This document shows, piece by piece, positions 10,896 through 23,668 of a DNA stretch of 64,000 bases. This stretch comes from Scenedesmus sp. PABB004 (lineage: Eukaryota). The notes below the pieces were generated by a model. That model was not told where the DNA came from, ran no database searches, and was given only the letters and a program-made list of their open reading frames with translations. The stretch is from contig JABVCE010000003.1 in the NCBI GenBank assembly GCA_014905635.1, positions 1,364,001-1,428,000 of the forward strand, given 5' to 3'. Position 1 is the first letter of the stretch; each line of letters starts with the position of its first letter. A program made the position numbers and the translations under genes.

Positions 10896-13800
10896 ATGCA
10901 GCCCTTCGCGGGCCTGCACCGCCAGGCCGTGGATTCAGCGCACCAACAGGCACCGGGCCTGAGCGTGCGCGCGTCGGTGCTGCACGCGGTCGACGCCGCT
11001 GCTGCCGCCGCCGCTGCCGAGCTGCTCGTCCCCTGCGACGGCCAGCTGGTCGACCGCTTCGACGCGCGCCTGCTGCTGGGCGGCGCGGCAACGCGGAGCG
11101 GCGCCGCGGCGGCAGACGAGGCGCTTGACGCGGACGGCGACGGCTGCACCGCGGAGGAGCTCTGGCGCGAGCGCTTTGCTGGCGCCGACCCGGCGCGGGA
11201 GAGCCTGCTCTCGGGCGGGCTTCCCTTCCCAGATGATGGTGCGCGGCGGCGGGCGCGGCGGTGCCGCCGCGCGCCGAGCGCGGTGCGCCGCGCGGTGCGC
11301 CCCGCCCCGCCCGCCCGCCGCACTCACCGCGCGACGCGCCGGAGCGGCCAAGGCCGCCACCAGCCCCAGGCGCAGCCCCGGGCCCTCGCCACTCCGGGCC
11401 TGCTTGGCCGCGGCAGAGACGGCGCCACACGCGCCTTGGTTTGCCGACAGCAGTGTCGGCTGCCCGCTGCCGGTGCTGCTGCCCCTGCTGCTGCTGCTGC
11501 TGCGCCCTGCCGCAGCTCACGCCGAGCCTGGCTGCTCCGCCAACCCGCCCCTCTCCCGCCCCTGGCCTCTGTCGGTCCCTGCTGCCCCTGCGGGGGGCTG
11601 CCGCGCGTGTCGCGCCCGCCTGCTGACGCCGCCGCCCGCCCATGCTCCTGCCGCGTCGCGCCGCTCCGCCGGGCGCCGCCGCTCGTCCTCCCGCCAGGGC
11701 TCTGGGACGACGACGACGTGCGGCGCTCGCCGTCGCCCCCGGGCGGCCACGCCCACCAAGGCCCGGCCTTTGCCTTTGACTATGGCGCCCCCGCTGGCGA
11801 GCAGAGGCAGGAGCAGGACGAGCAGCAGCAGCAGCAGCCGGGCGGCGGCGCCGGGGCGGGCGAGCCTGCGCGGGCGCAGGCTGGTCCGCCGTACCAGCTG
11901 CCGTATGATGACATCCCGCCTCGCCTCGTCGATCACCTGCCCGCCAGCGAGCGCGCGCACCAGGTGGGCGCGCGGCGCCGGCCGCCGGGGACGGGCGCGG
12001 CGCCGGCCGCCGGGGACGGGCGCGCGGCCGCCGCCCATGCCCGGCCGGCCGGGGCGCCGCCCGCGTCCGCGCGCTGCGCCGCGTGCGCGCGCGCAGGTCG
12101 TCGCGTCGACGGCGCGCTTCGTACGGGCCAACGGCACTGCAGTGGAGCTCGCGCTGCGCGTGAAGCAGGCGGCCAACCCCGCGATGTCGTTCCTCAGCCC
12201 CCAGGACCGCGTGTTCCCGTTTTTCAGGTCCGCCGCCGGCTGCGCAGCGGCGTGCGCGGCGCGACGCCGGGCGTGGCGGCGGCAGCGGCGCCAGCGCGCG
12301 CGCTGCCGCGCTGCGCCGCAGGTGGCTGGTGGAGGCGGGCCCGGCCGAGCGGCCGCCAGGCACGCAGCTGGAGGGGCCCGCCGAGCCCGCACCGGGCGCG
12401 GCGCCATCGGCATCGACAGCTGCCGGGCCGCCACCGCCCAGCGCGCTGGACCTGCTGAGGGCTTACAGCATGGCCAGCGACGACCCGTCGGACCAAGAGG
12501 CAGAGCAGGACGAGCAGGGCACGGGCGACGGCGGTGCGGCCGCGGCGCCTGGCCTGGCGTCGCCGCCGGGCTCCCCCGCAGCGCCGGCGGCCGCTGCCAG
12601 CGGGGAGCCGCCGCCGCACGGCGACGGCGACGCCGCCGCGCGGCGCAGCCCCGGCGCCGCCAGCCCCGGTGCCGCCAGCCCCGGCGCCGCCAGCCCCGGC
12701 GCCACGGCGGCCAGCCCGGGCAGCGGCGCGGCCGCACCGCCGCCGGACGTGCGTGCCGTCATTGACAAGCTTGTTACGTTTGTGGCAAAGAATGGCCCAG
12801 ACTTTGAGGTGCGGCTCGGTGGGCAGAGCCGCTGGCACGGCGCACGCCGCGCCGCGCCCGACCTGGACCCCGCCGCCGCGCCCCGCCCTCACCCCGCGTG
12901 CCGCGCCGCCGCGCCCCGCCCCCGCCCCGCACGCAGCTGGTGGTGCGCCGGCGCGAGGCAGCCAACCCTCGCTTCGCCTTCCTGCAGCCCTGGAGCCCCT
13001 ATCACGGCTGTTATCGCCGCCAGCTCAGCGAGGCGGCGCCGCAGGGGCTGCCGAAGCGCCTGGCGCCGGACGCGGCGCCCACCGGCGCCGCGCCCGCTGG
13101 CGGCGCCGTGCCGCTGCCGCGCGACCCCGCCGTCGCGGCGATGCTGGCGGCCGCGCTGACGGCTAGCGCGCAGGCGGTGGCGGCGCCCGCGCCGGCGGCG
13201 GGCGGCCCGGACGCCGTCGCGGCGGCAGCTGCCGCGGGGGCGCGCGCCGGCGCGGTGCTGCTGCAGGCCAACCCGCGCCTCGTGAGCGTGTCACGCTGTG
13301 CCGCACCGCCGCCGGGCGCGGCCGGCGGCGCAGGCGCGCAGGCGGGCGCCGACGAGGCAGCGGGCGCGGGGCCAGCGGACGCGGGCGCTGCAGCAGCAGC
13401 GCCGCGCGGTGCCAGCGACGGCGCGGCCAGCGCGGTCGCGGAGGGGGCCGCGGCTGAGCAGGCGGCAGTGGAGCAGGCCGCGGCCGAGCAGGCCGCGGCG
13501 GAGCAGGCGGCGGCTGAGCAGGCCGCGGCCGCAAAGCGGCTGCAGGTGAAGTTGTACTTGCGCCAGCGCCGCGCGGAGCAGCTGGCAGAGCAGGCGCAGC
13601 AGGAGCAGGAGGAGAAGGCGCGGGCCATCCAGGCGCACCGCCTCCTGCTCAAGCGGCTCGCGGCCGGCGACGACGACGCCGCCGGCGGAAGCGCGGCGGC
13701 GGCGGAGGAGGAGGAGGAGGCCGACTGCGCCGCGCTGCCCGGCGTGCCGGCGCGCCGCGGCAGCGCGGGGCAGCTGCAGCTGCTGGGGCGTGAGGAGGAG

Positions 13801-14739
13801 CCGCAGCCGCTGTCCACGGCACTGCCAGGGCTCAAGCAGCTGGCGGCGGGCGCGGCGGCCGCGGCCGCGCTGCACCGCTCGGCGCTGCTCGGCGACGGCG
13901 GGGCCGAGGACGGCGCGTCCGACCGCGGCGGCGTGTCGGCGGCGGCCAAGGAGCGCCTGCGCGCGGCGGTCAGGCGCCACGCGGCCGTCAGCGCAGCCGC
14001 CGCGGCGACGCAGCCGGCCGCGGCCGGCGCCTTGCCAGCGGCTCGCGGCGCGACGGACTGCGCAGCGGCGGCAGCTGGCAGCACGGAGCTGGTCGCGCCT
14101 GCGGTCTCGCAGGCGCCGGCGGGAGGCGGCCCGGCATGTGCTGCGGACGTGAGCGCCGCGCTGGCCGCCGCGGCGGCGGAGGCGGCGGCAGCGTCTGCTG
14201 CTGGCAAGGCTCGGAAGCGTGGCAGCGGCGGAGCACGCAGCCGGAGCCGGAGCCGCAGCCGCGACGGCGGCAGGCAGAAGCGGCACAAGGCGCGCAGCAG
14301 GTCGCCCGGCCGCGACGCCACCGCGCACCGCCGAAGCAGGCGGGACCGCAGCAGCCGCAGCCGCAGCCGCAGCAGCAGTCGCAGCAGCAGGAGCAGTGGC
14401 CGGCGGCGACACCGCGCCAGCCGCCACGGGAGCCGGCACGGGAGCCGGCACGGCAGCCGGCGCCGCGGGAGCAGGAGCCGCAGCCGGCGGGGGAGCAGGC
14501 TTCGCAGCCGCAGCCGCGGCCGCTCCCGCAGCAAGGAGAGGCGCAGGTCGTCCAGCAAGGGTGCCAGCTCGGAGCGCAGGCCCCGTGGCGGCGCCGGTGG
14601 CCGGGCCGAGCCAGCCGCGGCGGCCGCTGCAGCGCCGGCCCCGCCGGCGCCGCCGCCGGTGGACGCCGAGCTGCCGCCGCTGGACGCCGAGCTGCGGGAG
14701 CGTCTGAGGGCGCGGCTGCGGGCGCTGGCGGGGACGTAG
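10896..14739 (+). CDS. Suppressor-of-white-apricot-like splicing factor (DRY_EERY domain, two SURP domains, RS-rich tail)
   Basis: N-terminal VDRFDARLLL...EELWRERF. SURP1 VVASTARFVRANGTAVELALRVKQAANPAMSFL; SURP2 VIDKLVTFVAKNGPDFELVVRRREAANPRFAFL. RS repeats at about 14230-14560. Stop TAG 14737-14739. Confidence 0.9.
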
Positions 14740-14985
14740 CGCGGTGCGCGGGGCGGTTTCCGGTGGCGCCGTTCCGCGTCCCCGTCCGCGCCCGGTCACC
14801 ACGGCGCGCACGCAGCCCCGCTGCAGTCGCTCCCGGCTGGCCGAGCGCGGCCGCCGCGTCCGCCGTGCGCCCTGCGCCGCGCCCCCACTCGCGCTCCACG
14901 CGCGCCCGGCGCCCCCTCGCGCCATCGCCACCGCCGTTCCCGGCGCCGCGCGGCGTCCGAGCGCGCGCCCGGCCGCGTGTGCGCC

Positions 14986-15628
14986 ATGCCGGCGGCGACT
15001 CACGCCTACAGCGCCTCCGCGCACATCGCGGAGGCGCCGGCGCTCGTGTGGCAGCTGCTGCGCAGGCCAGCGCTCGCCGCGCTCTGGCAGCCCGAGGCGC
15101 GTGCCGCGCGGCGCCGCACTGGATGCCCGGGGCTGCCAGGACGCTCGTGGCCAGGCGCCGGCGGCCGGGCGCGTCGCCGGCGGCGGCGTCTCACACCCAC
15201 GCGCGCTGCTGTTGCGGCGTGCCGCGCAGGTCCGCGTCGAGTCGGCGCCGCGCGAGCTCGCGCCCGGCGCGTGCTGGATGGAGAGCCGCCCGCGCGCGCT
15301 GTTCCTGCGCCCCTGGTGTCGCGCCGAGGTGCTCTCGCTGGACGAGGACGCGCGCGAGTGCACGGTGGCGCTCGACGACGGCTACAGCCGGGTCGTGGTC
15401 GCGACGCGCGTCGAGCCCTGCCCCGCGCGGCCGCACCACACGATCGTCACGCAGAGCGTCGCGTGTAGCCAGGCGGGCGCGCCGAGCCCGCGCCTCGCCG
15501 CAATGTGGCGCAAGCAGGGCGACAGCCTCGCCGCGCTTGCCAGCTACCTCACGCCGCACGGCCTGCCGCCCGCGGCCGGCGCCGGCTGCCGCCTGGGCCA
15601 GCCGGCGGCGCTGGTCCCCGCGGCGTGA
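14986..15628 (+). CDS. Small protein, probable SRPBCC/START (polyketide cyclase-like) fold, 2 exons
   Basis: MPAATHAYSASAHIAEAPALVWQLLRRPALAALWQPE, GC-AG intron 15097-15229, then VRVESAPRELAPG...RVVVATRVEPC...TIVTQSV. The S..I.AP...VW..l...W.P start is typical of SRPBCC proteins. Confidence 0.55.
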
Positions 15629-16826
15629 GCAGCGTGAGCGGCGCCGCCCGCGCGGGGCGCCCGCGCCGCCGCGCGGGGCGCCGCGCCCGCCCGGCCGCGC
15701 ATGCGGCCGCGGCCCGTGTGCTGTTTGTCGGGTTGGTGTGTGTGTGCGTGTGTGCGTGTGCGGGGGGGGGGGGGGGGGGCTGAGGGGCGCGCTGCTGCGC
15801 AGCGGTTTTGGGGCCGTTCCGCGGTGTGTGCCGCCGCCTGCGAGCACCACATGGCGGGCTGCAGCCCGCCCCCCAGCTGGGGGGAGGGGGAGGCGGCGAC
15901 GGGGGGTGTAGAACTTCTACGATACATTCATCCATCGATGTACGAATAGACACACAGAGCGACTGGCTGGCCGCGGCCCACATTCATTTTTCAGTCGGCT
16001 GCATGCGGGCGGCGACCCTCGGGGCGCGGTCCCACCCGCACGGGTGGCTAGGGAGCTCGAGACGAGTGATAGGAGCATGGCTCTAGGCCGACAGGTGTGG
16101 GGGGTCAGGAGATCACTCAGGGGTCAGGAGATCACTCCATGCATTTGACCATGCACCACGCCGGCCCGACGACCAGGCCGCGCGCTGTCCACTTGCTGCA
16201 ACACGCAAACACATACACACGGCTGCGAGGCTGCCCCGCCGGGGGAGCCCGCACCCCGGTCTGCCCGCATGACTTGTGCCCCGCGGTCGATGGCGTGTGC
16301 GCGGCCTGAGCTGAGCTGAGCCCCCGACGCGGCCTCAGCTGAGCCCCCGGCGCGCGTGCGGCCGGCTGCGCTGCGCTGTTGGTGGGCCCTGGTTCCGCTG
16401 GGGCGCCGGTGCACGCGTGACCAGCTTTTTTGCTTACTTACAAAGGGCCTGCCGCTCACGCAGGCGCGCCCCCCGTTGCGTTGGCGTTGGTTCGACACAC
16501 ACACTGCGCGTACGTAACAGTCCTGCCGCTCCCCCGACCGACCCGGCAACGCGTGCGATGCCAATGCCAAAGAGAGCCAAAGAGAGCCACCACGCTGACG
16601 CGGGCTGGCCGCTGCAGCAAGTTATGGCCAGAGATGATGCGCCACCAGGGCATGAAGCAAGGCAGCAAGGCAGTGTGGTCCAACGTTAGTAGTCGATCGT
16701 TCGTGCAGCAGCATGAGCCGCTGGAGCCCGGCGGCACCGTCACGCCGCCCTCAGATGCCCCCCCCCTCCAGCCGGCGCTCTCGCGGGCGTCCTCGAGCTC
16801 GTGCGTCCCCTCGCCCCCGCGTCGCC

Positions 16827-19800
16827 TCAGCCCCAGGTGCCGCCGGTGTAGCGGTTGGGCAGCCCGAAGCAGCCGTCGGTGCCGGTCTTGGGCGCGCTGC
16901 AGCTGCGGAAACAGCTGTTGAAGAAGAATCCGGTCACGCCGCAGCCACACGCGTTGCTGCGGCGCGCAGGCGCGGCGGCGCGCGGGCGCCGCGCGTGAAG
17001 GGCGCGCGCGCGGGCGCCGCCGCGCTCGCCGGCGCGCGGCGCGGCGGGCAGCACCCGCGGCGGCGGGGCGCTGCGCCGGGGCGCCGGGCCACGCCCCCGC
17101 GCGGCTGCGGCCGCGGCCGCTCACGAGCAGCAGTCGTCGTTGGTGCGGCAGCCCTTGGTCGCGCCCTTGTTGCACCAGCCCGTCTGGCCGGGCAGCATCG
17201 TCTTGTTCTTGGCCGCCGCAAACGTGTTGGGGATGAGGCTGGGCGCGATGCAGTCGTCGCTCAGGCAGTCCTTGTTGGAGACGCATCCGCCAAACACGCT
17301 GGACGGTCCGCACGTCTTGGAGCCGGTCACCGAGCTGGTGCAGAAGCCTGCGGCCGGCGCGCGCCAGCCGCCGTGCGCTCGCCGCCCCGCGGAGCGCGCC
17401 TCGCCGCGGCCGCCGCAGCGGGCGCCGAGGCCGTGCGGCGCGAGCCGCGCCGGCGCGCGGCGTGCTGGCCGGCGCGGCGCACCCGAGTAGCAGTCCGCGT
17501 CCTCCACGCACGTGGCGTCGCGGGGCACCGCGGTGCACGTGCCCAGCGACAGGCCGGTGGCGGCGTCAGGCAAGATGTTGAGGCAGCTGTTGGAGGCGCA
17601 CTGCGCGCTCGTCTGGCAGCGCGCGCCGGGGCGGCCGATGCCGCAGCTGCGGCACCCGCTGCTCGCCCCCGAGAGCTGGCAGAAGCTGTTGGTCTTGGGG
17701 ATGGCGTCCAGCTGGCACCTGCGGCGCCGCGCCGCGCGGGCCGCCGAGTGCGCGCTGGTCAGCATGCACGCGCACGCGCGCCTGGAGCTGCAGGGCCAGC
17801 GCGCGCGCGCGCGCCGCTTGCTCACCTGCCGCTGTAGCAGTCGCCGTCGGCGGAGCAGCCCATGTTGGGAAAGCCCCTGCCGCACACGCCCACGCTGTCG
17901 CCATTCTCGTCGGGCTTCATGCTCAGGCAGGAGCCGGTGATGCAGTCGCGGTCGCCCTGGCACGCGTGCGGCGCAGCCAACGGGGTGCATGAGACCTAGC
18001 TAGGTGCTATAGCAGCGCGGGCAGCGCGGGCAGCACCGTGCCAGGCGGCGCTGGCCGGCGCAGCGCGGCGCGCGGCGCGCCCTCGGTCGCACCCTGCACG
18101 CTGTGCCGGGCAGGCCCGCCCCGCAGCTCTTGCACGAGAGGCCAAAGCTCGCGCAGGCGCCGCCCAGGAAGGGCAGGCCGTCGGTGCACCTGGCGCCGTG
18201 GCGGCGGCGGCGGTGACAGAGGTCAGCGTGCACGCCGCGCGCGCCGCGCCTCCCCCCCCCCCCGGGCAGCACCCCGGCGCACGCGCCTCACCTGCCGCTG
18301 AGGCACTCGCCGTCGGTGCGGCACGCCGCGTCCTTGCTGCCTCTGGCGCAGCGGCCCACCATCACGCCGTTGGCGTCGACCGTGTAGCCCCTGCAGCTGC
18401 CTGAGAGGCAGCTGCTGTCCTCGATACACGCGTCGCCCGCGCCGCCGGGGCCCCAGCTGCACGTCCACGCCTTGGTGCCGAGCGGCAGCCTGTTGGCGCG
18501 CGGGCAGGTCGCAGACCTGCTCATCGCCCACCCGGCCGGCGCGCGGCAGCTCTCGTCGCTGGTGCAGGGCTGGCACGCGCGGTTGAGGACGTGCTTGCAG
18601 CGCACAATGCCGTCGCAGACCATCGACGACGCGCCGCAGGTGGACAAAAACCTGATGAAGCAGGCACCAAAGGGGCTCAGCGCCGACTGCTGGCGCAGCG
18701 CGATCATCGCGTCAAACACGGCAGACATCTGCGCGGCGCGGCGCGGCGCGGCGCGGCGGGCACGCATTGGCGGCGGGCGCAGCATAGGCAGACGCGCGCG
18801 CGCGCCCGCGTGCACCACGGGCAGTGGTGCCGCCGCGGCACCACGCATGCGCGCGCACCGGGTGGTGGCCCGCGTCGATGCCGGACGAGGAGCACTGGCT
18901 CGGCTGGTCGCCAGTGAAGCTCTTTGCGCCCACCAGCTGCCCGCCCTCGGCGCCGCACATCTGCAGCGCGCTGCCGACGTGCTTGTAGGTCAGGGAGCCC
19001 GCGCCCACAGGCGTCCAAGGCACGGGGTCGCGCCTGCAGAGAGCGGCAGGGGCGCGGCGGGGGTGAGGCAGCTGCTGCGCGGAGCGCCTGCCGTGGCGGC
19101 TTGCGCGGCAGCCGCCCTGCCCCCGCTGGCCGCCCCGCCTCGCCGACTGGCCGAGCGCGCGCGCCCCCCGAGGGCAGCCTCGCCGGGCCTGCCCTTGGGC
19201 CTGATCAGGCCGGCCGCCAAGCCGCCGCCCCCGCTCACCAGTACAAGACTCGGACGTGCTTGCTGCCGAGCACGTCGGGCGCGTCGTACCAGGCGGCAAA
19301 CTCGTCGCTGCCCACGCGCGGCTGCGCAAACGTGACGACGCCGCCGACGCGCGCCGCGTATGCGGCGCGGCCCGCGCCGTCCACGGCGGGCGGCACAAAC
19401 ACCGCGCCCAGCGTCGCGAGCGCGCCGCCGAGGCTGTGGCCGGTGAACCAGAGCTTGAAGTCTGCGTCGAGCGCCGGCTTGAGCTCGGCCAGCACGCCAG
19501 CAATGAGCGGCTCGACCGCCCTGAACGCCGACACAAAGCCGCTGTGCAGCTTCAGCGTGGCGTCTGCGCCCCGGCGGCGGCGCGCAGGTTTGGCAGGCGC
19601 AGGCTCAGCAGGCGGGCGGGGCGGCGGGGATGCCGCGCGCCCTGGCGCCACCGCCGGGGCGCCGCGCGCACGGCGTGCAGGCGCGGCGCGGCGCACTCTG
19701 GAACTCGACGTCCGTCTGCGCCACCCTGCGGGGGCGGCGGTGGGGAGGCGGCAGGGTCGGCGGGGGGCGGGGCCAGCGGCTGCTGATGCCGCGCCGCCAC

Positions 19801-22800
19801 GCCGATCTCGGGCGCTGCCGCCGCTCACGTGATGTCGACCACAGCGTCTAGTGTCGGTCAGGGGTGCGGCGTGCGCACGGGCAGGCGGGCGGCGGCGGCG
19901 GCGGCAGCGGGGGCAGCGGCGCGCTGAGCGGAGCTCGCACTGACGCCCGGCTGGCGCGAGCCGCCGGCGGAGCCCGGCCGCCAGCGCGGCCTGGCGCAGC
20001 GCGCGGCGCGCACCGCCGGCGTCATCGGTGCCCCTGAAGCCGATGAACACGTCAGACTTGGTCCACCAGATTGATGCCGACGTGGCAGCCGACAGGCCGG
20101 TCACGCCCTGCGGCCCCGGCGCAGGCGCACAGCGGGGGTGCGCACGCGTGTGTGCGGCCGCCGCCGCGCGCCGCGGCCCTGCCCGCCCGCCCGCCGCCCC
20201 CGCACCTGCGGGAGCTGCGCGGTGACGCGCTTCCACCCCAGCACGCCGGCCTGCGCAAGGCAGGGGCCGTATGGCCAGGCCGACAGGCCGACGTCCGTCA
20301 CGCCACTCTCACCGGGCGCCGTCAGGTAGCTCATGTATGACAAGAGCCCAAACAGCAGCTGCCGGTCGTCGCCGGGCGTGTTGGCCGGCGCGCTGACGCG
20401 GTCAAAGCCGCCCGCGGCCGTGAGCGCCGCGGCGGCGGCGCTGCAGCTGCCCGCCTGCTGCCACAGCTTCGGGTGCACGCCCAGGTTGTCGCCGACCGGC
20501 GCGCCCTGGCCGCACGAGCTCGCCGGGGGCGGCGCGCCTGTGCGCGCGCGGGGCGCGTGAGGAGCGCGCGCCGGGAGCGGGGGCGCGCGAGCCGCGCGCA
20601 GTCGGCGCCCCCCGCGCGCGGCTGCAGCCTGTGCCGCACCCGGCCACTGCGGCTGGTCTGCCGTCACGCACGGGAAGAACCTGGGACGGCGGCGGCGGGC
20701 GCTGAGCCCTGGCGGCCCGCCCGGCCCGCGCCAGCCCTGCCGTGGCACGGCGCGGCGCGGCGCTCACCAGGACTTGTCGACCGTGAACGGCGTGCCGGCG
20801 GCGGTCTTGGTGACGCCGCCGGTGCCGCTGGAGGCGTAGGCCATGAACGAAAGGGACCCGTCCGCCGTGGGCAGCACGCCGCACGTGGAGGCGCCGGAGC
20901 ATGACACGCCGAGGCCGCCCGTGCTCGCAAACGTGGTGGGCGTCACAGCGCACGCGCTCGCACCGGTCGGGCACACCGGCAGCGTCACCGACGGCAGGCG
21001 GAGCAGCGAGGCCGCGACGCTGGTGAGCGGCACGGTGCGCGTGGCCGTGACGCAGCCCGCGTCAGGGGGCAGGTACGTGCTGGCGATGGGCACCAGCGAG
21101 CCCACCTGCTGCAGCCGGCGGCCGCGCACGCCCATGCGCGGCGGGCCGCCGGCGGCGGCGGGCGGGAGCGTTGCGATGCACTGGTAGCTGCCGATGCCAC
21201 CGCTGGACAGAACACTCCAAGAGCTGCCGTCCCAGGACATGAGCAGGCTGCTGTGCCCGACCGCGTAGGCCTGCGCCGGCCCCGCAAGCACCACGCCGGT
21301 CAGCACCGCGTCGCGCCAGCCGTCGCCGGGCGCCGCCTGCTTCCAGCTGGTGCCGTCCCACTGCAGGATCGTGCCGCCGTCGCCCACGGCGAGCGCGAGC
21401 GAGTCTGACAAGGCCGTCACGCTCATGAGGTTGGCGGTCGTGCCGCTCTCGGTCTTGACCCACCGGCCGTCGAGCCAGCGCAGGATGGTGCCGCCGTCGC
21501 CCACTGCGCGTGCGGAAAGTTGGGGGAGGGGGTGCGAGGCGGCAGCGCACGGCGGCGGCCGTGACGCGGGCCGCGCCGCGAGGCGCGCGCCGCGCTGGCG
21601 CTGGCGGGCCGTGCGGCGGCGTGGCACGCGCGCGCCCGCGCGCACGCCGACAGCGCCCGCGCGCACCGATCCAGGCGGGCACGCCGCGGACGGCGGCCGA
21701 GGAGCGCAGCGTGGCGGTCACGCCGCTGTCCTCAAGGTACCAGCGGCTGGCGTCGATGCCCTTCACGCGCGCGATGGTGCCGCCCTCGCCAACCGCGATG
21801 GCCGCCTTGTCGACCAGCGGCGTCACGTGCAGCAGCGCGGACGTCGTGCCCGGCACCTCGCCCCAGCGCAGCGTGTAGTTCGCGTAAATCAGCCACACCG
21901 TCGCCTGGCCCCCGACCAGCCAGAGGTTCTCCTCCCCCGTCGCGGCGCCGTACAGGCCGTTGGTGTCCTGCGAGGCGGCGCGCGGGTCGGCACGAGCGCG
22001 CGCGCGCGCGCGCGCGCGCCGCCGGCGGGCCGTGCTGGGGCGCGAGCGAGCCGCGAGCGCCACGCGCTCACTTGAAACTCGTACCAGAACTTGCCATCAA
22101 ACATAAAGTAGTTATTGCCGCCAACTGCGCAGCAGTCGGCGGGCGCGCGCGCGGGTCAGGGCCGGCGCGCCGGCGGCGCTCGCTGGCCGCGCGCGGCGCC
22201 GGCGCCACTGCGCCGCACCCGCCGCGGCCCAGGTCTCGTTGACGATCGCGATGCTGCTGATGATGGTCTGCGGGAAGCGCTGCGACCACGCCTTGCCGTT
22301 GAAGCCGGCGAGCGCGTTGACGCCGCCGACCCAGAAGCTGTAGTTGCCGGGCATGGGCACGATGTTCTTGGGCGGGCAGCAGGTGCTCCGGCAGCGCGTG
22401 AAGCCCTTCTGGCAAACAAAGGCGCAGCGGTCCGTGTTGCACACGCTCACGGCGTTGGGGACGGCGGGGCAGCCCGCGCAGGCGCAGCGCGCGGCGACGG
22501 AGGGCGTGACGCCGGTCGCGGCAAACCCGCCGGGCTGCACCGTGCACGTGTCGCGCCCGGTGCAGCGGCAGGGGTGGCGCTTGGGCGGCGGGCCTGTGTG
22601 CGGGCGGCGCCGGGCGCGGGCTCAGCGCCGCCGGCTCGGCGCCGCCGGCTCGGCGCCGCTCGGCGCCGGCGCCGCTCGGCGCCGCAGAGTCTGCGGCGCC
22701 GAGCGGTCTGCGGCGCCGAGCGCTGAGCCGCGCGCGAGCTCACCGGAAGCGGACGCCGGCACGCTGGCGGCCAGCGCGGCGAGGCACAGCAGCGCCAGGG

Positions 22801-22822
22801 CGCGTTGCGCCGCGGCTCCCAT
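16827..22822 (-). CDS. Large secreted multidomain protein: signal peptide, Cys-rich segment, beta-propeller-like repeats, class 3 lipase, Cys-rich tandem repeats
   Basis: ATG 22822, MGAAAQRALALLCLAALAASVPASA. Repeats AVGEGGTI / VGDGGTILRWLDG / AVGDGGTILQWDG / AVGHSSLLMSWDG. Lipase motifs FRGT, HSGF, FTGHSLGGALA (about 19424-19441), TFAQPRVG, RDPVP and GHH. Eight C-x5-C-x4-C units. Stop at 16827; minus-strand TGTAA at 16442-16438. Confidence 0.82.
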
Positions 22823-23668
22823 GGTGGCGGCGGTTCCTGGCGCAGGGCGGAGGCGGAGCGGCCGGCGGAGCGGAAGCAGCGGGACGGCGGCGGCGGCGGG
22901 TGAGAGTGTGGCGCGCCGGCCGCCGCGCGCGGCGAGGCCGCCCAAAGTGCCTGAGGAGGCTTTTGAGGGCGCGCACTGAGCCGCGGCAGCCCCGGATCGC
23001 GCGCCCCGCGGCAGCGACCGCGGGGACTGACCTGACCGCGGTCGCGCGCGGGCTCCGCACCGCGCCAGAGAGCGCCCAGAGGTTGAGGGAGTCCAAGGAG
23101 TGGGGCTCGGTGCGATCAGGACGCGCGGTGCGGGCCCGACCGCTCGGCGCGGTGCGGGACCTCAGCGGGTGCGTCCGCCCGCCGGCCGCAAGGGCCTGTT
23201 TTCCAGCACGCAAGGCTCGTGGTTACGGAGGCATCACAGAACGATGGCTTCCTGCGGCGCTGCCGGCGCGTTCGGCCTCAGACGAGGGAGCTCGGGGCGT
23301 GCTCATCTCCGCAGTCAGCTTGCTCAGGTGTCCACGCACGGCGGCCACGCGCGCTGGGCCAAGCCGCGCATGCGGATGATGAACTTCAGGAAGGTCCGCG
23401 TGCGTCAGGAAGGTCCGCGTGCCCCTGATGACCTTGCGCCGCCGCCGGCGCGCCGGCTCGCTCGAGCGAGCGTGCTCCGGCGCCTCAGCGCACGCCTGGC
23501 TCCGCTGGACGGCCGAGACGGCGGCGGCAGGGGAGAAGCTGCTTACACGGGCCGCCGCCGGCACAGGCACCACGGAGGGCGGCGCAGGGGGCGGCGGCGC
23601 GCGCGCGGGAACGCCCGCTCCAGGGCTGCAGCGCCCTCGCTGAGCGAGGGCGCCTCGATCGCTCGCCG

